Of a DNA stretch of 64,000 bases, positions 1 to 10,610 are shown in pieces. The notes below the pieces were generated by a model, which saw only the letters and a list, made by a program, of their open reading frames with translations, had not been told where the DNA came from and did no database searches. This DNA comes from Takakia lepidozioides (Eukaryota; Plantae; Bryophyta), in NCBI GenBank assembly GCA_030704615.1, contig CM060732.1, positions 32,922,001 to 32,986,000 of the forward strand. The letters are read 5' to 3'. The first letter of the stretch is position 1. Each line of letters starts with the position of its first letter. A program made the translations under genes and the position numbers.

Positions 1-53
1 TTCTGCTGCACGATCGATGCTGCAGTGCCAGGGGTAACTACTGATCCTGCCAA

Positions 54-1808
54 CCAATGGTTTCGGCAACGCACACTATTTGTGCCCCCCTTTCTGGTTG
101 TGGTTTGATGTGTAAATGTGCCACAGTAGGCCACTGTGCCAAGTTCAAAACACCCGTAGTTGGAAGCACCAAACAGTGTGCGGCAACGCACACTGTTTGG
201 GCCCCCCTTTCCGGTTGTTTTTTGACTTCAAAATGGGCCACAAAGGGCCTGTATGCCATGCTCAAAATACCCCTAATTGGAAGCCCCAAACAGTGTGCTT
301 CAAAGCACACTGTTTGAGGCCCCCTCTGTGCCTGTTTTTAATGGGCCATGTTTGATGTCTAAATGTGCCACACAAGGCCAGTGTGCCAAGTTCAAAACAC
401 CCATAGTTGGAAGCACCAAACAGTGTGCGGCAACGCACACTGTTTGGGCCCCCCTTTCCGGTTGTTCTTTGACTTCAAAATGGGCCACAAATGGCCAGTA
501 TGCCATGCTCAAAATACCCCTAATTGGCAGCCCCAAATAGTGTGCTTCAAAGCACATTGTTTGAGGCCCCCTTAGTGCCTGTTTTTTGGCATGTTTGATG
601 TCTAAATGTGCCACACAGGGCCTATGTGCCAAGTTCAAAACACTTGTAGTTGGAAGCACCAAACAGTGTGCGTTGCCGCACACTATTTGGGCCCCCCTTT
701 CCGGTTGTTTTTTGAGTTCAAAATGGGCCACAAAGGGCCAGTATGCCATGCTCATAACACCCCTAATTGGAAGCCCCAAATAGTATGCTTCAAAGCACAC
801 TGTTTGAGGCCCCCTCTGTGCCTGTTTTTTGATTTCCAAATGGGCCATGTTTGATGTCTAAATGTGCCACACAGGGCCAGTGTCCCAAGTTCAAAACACC
901 CATTGTTGGAAGCACCAAACAGTGTGTGGAAACGCACACTGTTTGGGCCCCCATTTCTGGTTGTTTTTTTACTTCAAAATGGGCCACAAATGGCCTGTAT
1001 GCCATGCTCAAAATACCCCTAATTGGAAGCCCCAAACAGTGTGCTTCAAAGCACACTGTTTGAGGCCCCCTCTGTGCCTGTTTTTTTATTTCAAAATGCG
1101 CCATGTTTGATGTCTAAATGTGCCACACACGGCCAGTGTATCAAGTTCAAAACACCCCTAGTTGGAAGCACCAAACAGTGTGCGACAACACACAGTGTTT
1201 GGGCCCCCATTTCTGGTTGTTTTTTTATTTCAAAGTGGGCCACAAATGGCCAGTATGCCATGCTCAAAATACCCCTAATTGGAAGCCCCAAATAGTGTGC
1301 TTCAAAGCACACTGTTTGAGGCCCCCTCTGTGCCTGGTTTTTGATTTCCAAATGGGCCATGTTTGATGTCTAAATGTGCCACACAGGGCTAGTGTGCCAA
1401 GTTCAAAACACCCGTTGTTGGAAGCACCAAACAGTGTACGTTGCCACACACTGTTTGGGCCCCCCTTTCCGATTGTTTTTTACTTCAAAATGGGCCACAA
1501 ATGGCCAGTATGCCATGCTCAAAATACCCCTAATTGGCAGCCCCAAACAATGTGCTTCAAAGCACACTGTTTGAGGCCCCCTTAGTGCCTGTTTTTTTAT
1601 TTCAAAATGGGCCATGTTTGATGTCTAAATGTGCCACACAGGGCCAGTGTACCAAGTTCAAAACACCCCTAGTTGGAAGCACCAAACAATGTGCGGCAAC
1701 GCACACTGTTTGGGCCCCCATTTCCGGTTGTTTTTTTATTTCAAAATAGGCCACAAAGGGCTTGTATGCCATGCTCAAAATACCCCTAATTGGAAGCCCC
1801 AAACAATG
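54..1808. repeat. Tandem array of ~7 x 256-bp units, each a dimer of 117-bp and 139-bp subunits carrying the palindrome AAACAGTGTGC(G/T)-N4-(C/A)GCACACTGTTT
   Basis: Palindrome starts read at 171, 288, 418, 535, 661, 778, 917, 1034, 1173, 1290, 1429, 1545 and 1684; spacing mostly alternates 117/139. The repetitive six-frame ORFs here simply reflect the array. Confidence 0.95.
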
Positions 1809-2137
1809 TTGTCGAGCAGCTTTTACTCACCCATCCCTTCGCTATCCGAGGTGGAAACTCCAAGATAGAAGAGTTGGATATCTCTAAGCACTCAGCCCGC
1901 TCAGAACAATCAGTCATGACCTACAGCTAGTGAATCATGGTTGTGCTTCCTATTTGTATTTCTTCTTGTCTTCATGTTAGCAAATTACCTTACTGTGTAT
2001 ACCAAAGCATGAGATTGCTTCAATAACTACCAGGTTCCAGTCACTCATCCATTCATTCCACAGCTTCACTCATGTCTCTCTACACAGTGTGTTTGTATCG
2101 AATAAGTATCAGATTAAGATTTATCAGGTATCAGGGC
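1807..2137 (+). mobile_element. Possible LTR remnant with degenerate Met-tRNA primer-binding site
   Basis: Begins TGTTG where the array is cut and ends ...TTTATCA, directly followed by GGTATCAGGGC (cf. canonical TGGTATCAGAGC). No matching second LTR seen. Confidence 0.35.
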
Positions 2138-2539
2138 AATGCCATGGTGTCCCTAATTTGCCCTACTGTATGATTCTGCAACTTGCATGAATTAAGCATC
2201 GATCAAGTCATCTTCCCATCTTCGCCGTTTTCCACTCTCCGCTTCATCTCCTCTCCCTCTGACCAAGTCGCTCCATCCCCCTCCTGTTGTTGCACTGCCT
2301 AATCTACCTGCAAACTATTCTAACCGCCTAACTAACTAACTGTCACCCCTGAAGTAACATGTTCCCTCTGCAGATGTCGTTCCCACACAGTCGTTCCCTA
2401 CCAATGATAACCGTTCCCTACGTACGCTGTGACGGTTGTGTAAAGCTGTGTGGGGCTGTGTCATGTTGTGTCGAACTGTGACTGGCTGAGATTAACTGCG
2501 ACAGTCTGTGTAAGGCTGTGTCGCGCTGTGTAAGACTAT

Positions 2540-2650
2540 GACCAAGTGTGTAAGCCTGTCTACCGCCCCTACAGCCTGTGCCTGACACCCCTAAGGCCTC
2601 TGTTGGTCTAAGTCTACCATCCATAAGGCTGTGCAAAAATTAAGGGTACC
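2540..2650. repeat. Dispersed repeat module ending CAAAAATTAAGGGTACC (copy 1)
   Basis: Shares ACCCCTAAGGC..TGTTGGTCT.AGTCT...GCAAAAATTAAGGGTACC with 4153-4262. It abuts and truncates the copia RNase H region. Confidence 0.7.
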
Positions 2651-4150
2651 GTTTACTTGACCATTCTATAGGGGCTCCTCCAAGCTTGTGGACAATCCCC
2701 GAAATGGGTCTCCGAGTATCCACGTCCCTAGCAAAGTCTGCATCTGCGAATGTCACAAGTTCGAAAGGGCCCTTGCATGGAAATAGAATGCCGTGAGAAG
2801 GAGTTCCCTTGAGATATCTTAGGACTCTCTTGGCTGCTATGAGATGAGGCTCTTGTGGGTTTTGTGTGAACCGCCTCAGAGTTCCTACTGCAAAGCTAAT
2901 GTCAGGTTTGGAAATAGTTGCAGCGTCAAAGCTAATGTCAGGTCTGGAAATAGTTGCAGCGTAAAGCAGACTTCTTATCAATGATTGATATAGAACTCGG
3001 TCTACCTACGGGGCTCCCATGTCGGCTTGCAGATTGGTGCTTCCGCACATTGGTGTAGACACAGAGTTACAGTCCGTCATGTCGAACCTCTGAAGTATCT
3101 TGTGAATGTATCTCTCCTGATGCAGCCAAGTTCCTTCCTTGGTGTATTTCAGCTCTGCTTGTAAGTACTGTTCGGCAATCCCCAGCTCATTCATCTCGAA
3201 ATTTTCTTTCAGCTCCTTGACAATTCGATCAATTTCTACTTCGTTGTCCCCTATGACAATTAAGTCATCTACGTACAAGAGAACAATTAATGTCCATCCA
3301 TCAACGAATAATATAGATTATAGTAAGAAGAACTCTTATTGAGTCCATGGTTCTTCAAGTGAGAGTCTATTCTCTCGTGCCAGGCGCGAGGCGCGTGCTT
3401 CAGCCCATATAAGGCACGTTCGAGTTTACATACCTTTCCCTTGCTTCCCTTCTCCTCAAAGCCTGGAGGGATTTGCATGTAGATTCCTTCTGAGATCTTC
3501 CCATTCAGGAAGGCGGTCTTCACGTCAAGTTGATGGAGCTTCCACTGCTTCTTTGTAGCCAAACCTAATATGGCTCTGATAGTGCTCCAGCGAACTACAA
3601 GAGCGTAGGTATCGAAATAATCCACTCCATGCACCTGTTCGAATCCTCTAGCCACAACTCGTGCTTTCAATTTGTCTGGCTGTCCACCATTGCCTTTCTT
3701 AATTTTGAACACCCACTTCGCACTTATTGGGGACTTTCCATGAGGTAAGTCCATGAGCCTCCAGGTCTGATTTGCCTTGATGGAATCAACTTCGCTTTGT
3801 ATTGCAGCTCTCCATCTCTCGTGCCTGATTGCTTGCCGATAACATTCTGGCTCGACTTCAGGTTCCAAGCCTGCATCCAGATTGAGTGCAAAGTGATCTT
3901 TAAACCTGATCAAAGGTCTGCGATCCCTCGTTGGATATCTCGGTTGATCATCTCTCCTTGGAAAGGGGGCCTGTACTGGTGGAGCTTGTGGTTCGGCTGG
4001 GTTGTCTTCCGAATCCGAGCTGGAGCTGTCACTTTGAACTCCCTCAGGTTGATTCGCCGCTGGTTTGATATGCTCCTGGGCTGCGTCATTTTCCCTTCTG
4101 TCTATGGTTGGGAAGTGAAGTTCCTCTGGCATCACAATTGTATCTAGGTA
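2640..4150 (-). pseudogene. Copia pol: reverse transcriptase / RNase H part (frameshifted)
   Basis: ORFs 3287-4135, 3006-3278 and 2640-2981 carry consecutive RVT_2-type and RNase H motifs in different frames. Confidence 0.9.
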
Positions 4151-4152
4151 GC

Positions 4153-7100
4153 TGTGTCGGGCTGTGACTGGCTGTGTCGGGCTGTGTAACCTCCCTAAAG
4201 CTTGCTCCTGCCACCCCTAAGGCTCCTGTTGGTCTCAGTCTGCGCAAAAATTAAGGGTACCCCACAGAACCCATAAAAAACGTTCAAGTCCCAAGCAGCC
4301 CTCTAACAGGCTCAATAGCTGTGAAGAACAAGTGTTGCGGAAATGACCTCAACCATGGTTACAATGTCTGCATAGTCGTCGACCCTGCACTCCTTCATGT
4401 TTCGAGTCTTGTGATTCAGCAATTGGGTGATTCATATGCAGGTTTGTATGATTCCCTAGCATTACCAAGTCCGAGGCCTATCACATTCTGCATACCTTCT
4501 TCATGTGTAGCCAATTCCGCAGTACCCCCCCCCCCCATTTATATCAGAGTCGGCAGTACTACACTGCGTTGTCCATCTTCAAAGGTATTTATCACCAGTT
4601 TCGGCTTATTACAACAGACCGCATAACTCAGTGCAAGATCGGGTTGTTTCCTGAGCACCCATATCTTAGAGATGGCGAGGCGGTCTATTCCAAAAACGAC
4701 GTTATCAGAGATATGGGCTTACATGCAGTCTCTTACCACTTTCACCGCCTTGCTCCGACCAACGACTCTACTAAGAGCAAGCTCGAGGGGCCCCCACGAC
4801 ATTCCTCTCATGGTGATAACCCCTATTAATACTTCTTTATATGCAACTTATTCTATTCTCCACTTCCTACATTTGACAGGAAGGCCCCAGTATCAACCCA
4901 AGCGATAACGACACCACCCTACTCTTGGTATCAGAGCGCCACTCCTCATCTCTGGAAGACAAGCTCCCGCAGCACCCAAAACATGGCACTACACAATAGA
5001 GCTTGGAAACTTATTCTAAACCACTGCGAATACCGTGGTTGCAAAAAATGGAGCAGGCTCTCGGCCCCGTGTTCACTGTACACGAGCGTTGGAGTTCACA
5101 TCAAATGGATCATGGTGACACTCCCCCGCACCAGCTGCCGTCAGCCAGAAGCTTCATCCGCGACCCAACCGCGGACTCACCAGGTGCAATTGTTCCTCAC
5201 CCCCCTGTCTCTTCTCCCAATGCCTTCAAGGTACTCTACCCCCTTGCTACCGCTTCCCCCCACTTCACTTTGCCATAATCACTCATCTCCCCCCCCCCCA
5301 AATCTATTATCATACTCTCACATCCACTCCTACTACCATATCAGGACGTATGCTTACATCCCTGTACTCTACCACTAATCCCATTCACCTCCAACAACTC
5401 CAAGCTAGGTTCCCAATTCCCAATCACCGCTACCAGTCACTATACCATGTTGTGTCTATCATCAATTCTTCCCTGCATTACAATTAGCTCCATGCTTCCT
5501 ACCTTACTCATAACCCTACCTTATTTGCAGACCATTACACACCCACAAGATCTTCCAAAGTGCCACTCCGTCAGCTGCTACTCCAGTATCCACAGATATC
5601 TGCGGGCCCAACCCACCAGATCACGAGACATGTCTACCGACTACCTGTATCACATGACCCTAGGAGCTGTTTTCTTTTCTCCATCTTCTGGTTTTTTCAA
5701 TGCGACTATGGTTTACCCCCAAATCACTCCCCTACCACTTTGCCGCCCTTTGCTGGATTATTGTATGTACCAAGGAAGGCTCATGCCCCAGCATAATGAT
5801 TCGAGCATCAACCATCCTATCACCAGGATTCTCCTGGGGCTGCCTCGGATGGTACAACAAGCAACTGCTTCCCTCAAATTCTCGCTATTTGCCTCGAGCT
5901 CTCGGCCCACTTGGACTTACGTGCCTTCCTAGATCACATGTTCCTCTACCTTGCTTATGGTAACGAACTCTTTGGCGTTCTCCCCTCATCTCAGACATGA
6001 CGTCTGCTTGGTAACATCTCCACCCACAGTCAAACCATATATCGCTTCCACATTTCTAACTACTCAATTGTTTGGCTCTAGTATAATTCTATGTTGCAAT
6101 ACCATGTACACCCACCATTCGGGTTCTCTAGGACATCCTACGATTACGCTGTCGTGTTACTTTTTCTCCTTAGTTCCCCCACATGTCGCGCACCTCACTT
6201 GGTAAACTCCCCTTCAAGTCATAGTTACTCACTTTGATGCGCGCGCCTAACTCCCAACCTGGCCGCCGTGCCAACTCGGAGCTTCAGCTGCTCACCGGGG
6301 CACAATGGTCCCCCTCGCTCTCACACGGGATCCTTGAACTATCGAGCCTAGTGGAATTTCCCTTTTGGTCGTCAGACCGGCTCGTTTGCTTACTCAACAG
6401 CTTTTGGTCACTTAACGGGCTTGCACCGTTCTCGGGGTTACTACTCCTTATATATACTTCTATAGGTGTTGGCGAGGGTCTCACATCAAATAACCAAGTC
6501 CTTTTATGGTGAACCACCACGAAGACCCTCGATTCCCTGTGATGAGTCGCAGTGAGTCTTGGCCCACCTACCACGGCCCCAATGGACCGTGGTGAGCCCC
6601 AAGACTCCCTATGACTCCCACCTCAAGGCCTCAGCCCCATGGTGGGTCTTATGCTATCCCCACTACGACTCCCTAAGCTACCACCACCCATTTCCTACTG
6701 CTGCCACTGCCTCCACCACAGGGGTAGCCCCTCTTGTGTCCTGATCCCCCCGCCTTAAAGGCAAATGGCCGCGACACACACCCCTCCCAATAGGGATTTG
6801 TCCCATTTTTGTGGAAATTAACATCCAAGTTGTGGCGTCCAACATCAAGGAGTTTGTTTCCGTGCCATGGCGTCCCATGGCATAACACCAAACCCCCACT
6901 TGACTCTTACTCCCCACTAGCTAGTTCGGCCAACTTCCTCTAAGTCGCGGCCAATGGTGGAGCTTCTCAAGCTCCACATAGTGCACTCTTCTTGGCCCAT
7001 TTTATGGCCAAGGAACGATCATCCCCGAGGATCGTTACTGTAACAACATTGCCTGCAATCGCTCATGATGCCGTTTGTCGGCATCACCTTGATAAGGGGT

Positions 7101-7561
7101 TCGCCTTGAACCCCTTTAGGAAGATAACCTTGAATCAACCGGGTGCCCCAATCACTACAATTGGGCCCGCTTTGAGATGTTGGTCTGAGGTACGGGAACA
7201 CGCCGAAGCCGCACTAAGACTTCATCCCAAGGTTATACGATTATTATGGCTTTCAGATAATAAAACGTTTGTGTGGTTTCATACTGAACTCATATTCATG
7301 AACTTGGATTGATTGCACCATATGCACTGGAAAACAGAATGTGACATCATTTTTTACTCCCAGTAGTGTGCTTTCACCCAAAACCATTACATTGTTGATA
7401 AAAATGGGTGCGCACATGACCGCTGGGATGGGCAGTACAATCCCTAAATTTGTGGACCTTCTAACATTTGGTTTAGACGGAGGGGTTATTGACCGGGTGT
7501 TATTCGCAGATGGAGGAGATGATGGGTTGTCATTTGACAAAGATGCAGCTACATGGGGGGT
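4153..7561. mobile_element. Composite ~3.4-kb insertion into the copia integrase-RT linker (includes an LTR/PBS-like segment)
   Basis: Removing it restores ...ACCAAGTTGAGCTACCTAGAT... (TKLSYLDTIVM) in frame on the minus strand. It contains a copy of the 2540-2650 module, a copy of the 59867-60002 module, and TGGTATCAGAGC (Met PBS) at ~4926-4937 on the plus strand. Confidence 0.6.
4358..4498. repeat. ~140-bp dispersed repeat (copy 1; copy 2 at 59867-60002), probably LTR-derived
   Basis: GTTACAATGTCTGCATAGTCGTCGACCCTGCACTCC...CCTATCACA.TCTGCATACCTT is shared at high identity with 59867-60002. Confidence 0.85.
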
Positions 7562-9827
7562 CTCAACTTGGTTTCGTCGCAAACCACATCTCGCGTTGTC
7601 ACAATTTTCTTTGTCTCATGATTATAGATCCCGTAAGCCTTTGACTCTTCATCGTAACCCATCAGCAATCCCTTTTGAGTTTTACTGCCCAACTTGTTTC
7701 TCTTCATCTTTGGAACATGCATATAACTCAAGCATCCAAAGATTCTCATATGACTCACTTCTGGCTTCTTCTCATGATACCGTTGGTATGGTGTTACTCC
7801 CTTGTTCACTACTGTAGGGCTACGATTCACTATGTAGTTAGCAGTGTTAATGGCTTCAGCCCACAAATAGCCAGGAAGCTTACAGTTGGAAATACTTCTT
7901 GCTCTCTCGACGATGGTCGTGTTCCGTCGCTCTGCAATTCCATTTTGCTCCGGTGTCAGTGCCTGCGTGAGTTGTCTTTGAATGCCATGGCACTCACAGA
8001 ATTGTTTGAACTCCCCAAAGGTGAATTCTCCGCCTCGATCCGTCCAAAGAGCACCAACTTTGCAGCCGACCTCCTTTTCCGCCATTTCTTTCAAGTATCT
8101 AAATTTTTGGAAGGCTTCGGGTTTGCTTATGAGGAAAAATACCCAAGACTTCCTTGTTGTAGTCGTCACTGCGATGTATTTCGAACCGTGTAGGGAAGCG
8201 ACTCGGAACGGCCCCACTAAGTCTGCATGCAGGAGTTGTAAAGGCTTTGATGCACGGCTGCTGGAACTTTTCGGAAGTTCGCGTCGCTGTCTACCAGCCA
8301 AACAGTGTTCGCAAACCTCCTTGCTGACCTCAAGTCTTGGCATGCCGGTGACTCTACTTTCACGAGATAAGTGACTCGGACCTATGTGGTTTAGATACCC
8401 ATACCTCAAATGCCAAAGCTTTATTACATCCATTTCTTCAATAGTATTGGCACTTGGTGAGTCACTTGATCCGTGAATACGGCACAGGCCGTTCTTGCAT
8501 TCTCTCTTCCCTATTGCCAGTAACAAGTCTTGCCATCGAGAATCCAACTGTTGGAATTCGAGAAGGCAACTATGTTTCCATCCTCTGCAAGACAACCTAC
8601 CGAAATCAGATTTCGACAAAGACCCGGCACGTAAAGAACCTTGTTCAGCTTTATTTTTCCATGATCTGTAGACAAGGTGGCACTTCCAGTGCCCATGATT
8701 TTGTGCTTCTCCCCTCCTGCGGTGGTAACTGTACCATTCTGATCTCTCTCCTTGATATCATCTAGGGCCCTTTTGTCGCCCGTCACATGACGAGTGGAGC
8801 CAGAGTCCAGATACCAGGGCTGGCGCTTTCCACCCTTTTCTACACTGTTTGCAATTTCGGTGAGAGCTATCTCAATCACCTCAGCAGCGTCAGAATATTT
8901 CTCATCACTATCCTCTCCCTAGGCTCCAAGATTTACGCTAGTGCCCTCTTTCTTCGCAGAGAATTTCTTGCTGCAGTAGCGCGCCGCATGGTCGGGTGAG
9001 CCACAAACGTAGCACATGAAATCTTCACTTGATCGAGTCTGCCAGGTTGAGCTGGAGCTCCCTCTCCCTCTGGAGCTGTTCGAACCGCTGTTACGTCCTC
9101 GCCCACGGCCTCGTCCTCCTCGGCTTCCTCCTCGCCAGGCATGGTCGGCCATATGTAGGTTTTTAAACTGAGCTGATAAGGCCTCGTTGTCTCCGATCTT
9201 CTTATGTCGAAGCTCCATTCGATGTGTCTCGTTCAGCAACTTGGCTGATACAGCTGCAAAAGACGGCAAGTTGTCAAGAGTAGATAGACTTTGAATCACG
9301 CCTTCGTAGCTGAGAGGCAGGCCGTTTAGCACAAGTTGGACCACCGTTTTGTCCTCAACTGGTTGCCCAAGTGCACTCAACTTATTCTTCAATTCACGAG
9401 CCTCTCGCAAATAATCTTCGATTTCTGCTCCCTCAGACATCTGAAGTCCATGCAGCTTGGTGGAAAGTAGGAGGACTTGTGAGGCGTCTCCTGCTTGGAA
9501 GATGTCCTTGAAGGCCTTCTAGGTGTCGGCTGGGTCCATGTGCTCAGCAGCTGTATCGACTAAGTCATCTTTGACAGACATCACCAACAAGGTCTGTGCT
9601 TTCAGTTTTATCATCTTAAACTGATGCTCCGTATACGTCAGTCCTGCTACGGTGGTGGGGTAGGACGCAGGTGTCAGCTTGGTCTCAACGAATTCCCACA
9701 CATTCTCCCTCTGTAGCAGAATCTTGATCTTCTGTCTCCAAACATTGTAGTTGCTCCCGCCTTCGAGCTTGTTGGCCTCCCCCAACGTGATGGTGTTCAT
9801 GTTGTTCTCAAGTGCCACGACAGCCAT
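7549..9827 (-). pseudogene. Copia gag-protease-integrase (stop codon and frameshifts)
   Basis: ORFs 9519-9827, 8919-9440, 8511-8879 and 7549-8619 with gag, CCHC knuckle, aspartic protease and rve motifs. Confidence 0.9.
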
Positions 9828-9982
9828 TTGAAACGAAACGGCTTCAAGACCCTACTGCTTCTCTCAACAGAAAAAAGTGTCGGGAGCAATGCTCACCGCA
9901 CTGTGTCTGGTAACAAGTACCTGACCTTACTAGGAGCACGGCTCACTAGTATGCCCTGTTCCTGGTTATCGCTCTGATACCA

Positions 9983-10245
9983 TGTTAAAAGTTGACAACA
10001 GATTCCATTGACGTGAGTAACTATATTGAGAGAGAATCAGACACTGGTTCTAGTATCTATTTATGTACTTGCTGCTGTCCGTTATGTTTACCAAGAGTCA
10101 CCTACCAAGAGTCACCTCGAACTGCCAGTGACCCTGCGATAATTGTTGAGCCTAAAGTTAACTTCATACGTCATCAATTCTCCACTTGCTGATAGCCGAA
10201 GTGTGACATCAGCTGTAGGATGATGTTAATGCGTAAACTCTAACA
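9983..10245 (-). repeat. Copia 5' LTR (263 bp)
   Basis: Minus strand reads TGTTAGAG...TTTTAACA, immediately followed by TGGTATCAGAGC (tRNA-iMet PBS at 9971-9982) upstream of gag. Confidence 0.85.
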
Positions 10246-10610
10246 GAAAGGCAGTAAGCAACCAGTCACTACAGCAGCCCTATGGGCTTGCAAATGTCTC
10301 TACTTTGCAGTAAGATAATTTTTTCCTAGACGCTCAAACACATCTGATCATGTACCATATGAACAGCTTTCCAGTATTGATGGAAGTGTCTCATGGCAAA
10401 GTCTGTTTGCAGTTGTCCTGATTTGATGTGCTAGACACCCTCAATGATACAATATGTTCCCAACAGAGACTGCAGTTGGTCAATGTAGAACAACAAATGC
10501 CATCCATCAATCCCAACTATAATGAAGAAACAAGCTTAGTTTGAAAAACAGACAAGTGGCCAGACCATTGTGGGATGATGCTATTGAACAAATGATTTCA
10601 ACAATAAACT

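Larger units (their letters stand above)
2640..10245 (-). mobile_element. Ty1/copia LTR retrotransposon, decayed, 3'-truncated and interrupted
   Basis: 5' LTR 9983-10245 and PBS 9971-9982. Gag at 9827-8919 has an in-frame stop and a CYVCGSPDHAARYC knuckle. Protease WYLDSGSTRHVTG; GAG-pre-integrase (LWHLRYGY); integrase (LLHADLVGP, TDRGGEF, TPEQNGIAERRN); RT (KARVVARGF, QLDVKTAFLNG, LYGLKHAPRAW, YVDD); start of RNase H (DADFA, WSSK). Multiple frameshifts; no 3' LTR. Confidence 0.95.

Noticed and set aside
38-1868. Many overlapping 60-180-aa ORFs
   Set aside because: By-products of the tandem array on both strands, with no recognisable domain.
10267-10280. CACTACA as the left terminus of the CACTA element
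   Set aside because: No matching TGTAGTG end or subterminal repeats found on the right side, so it is unsupported.
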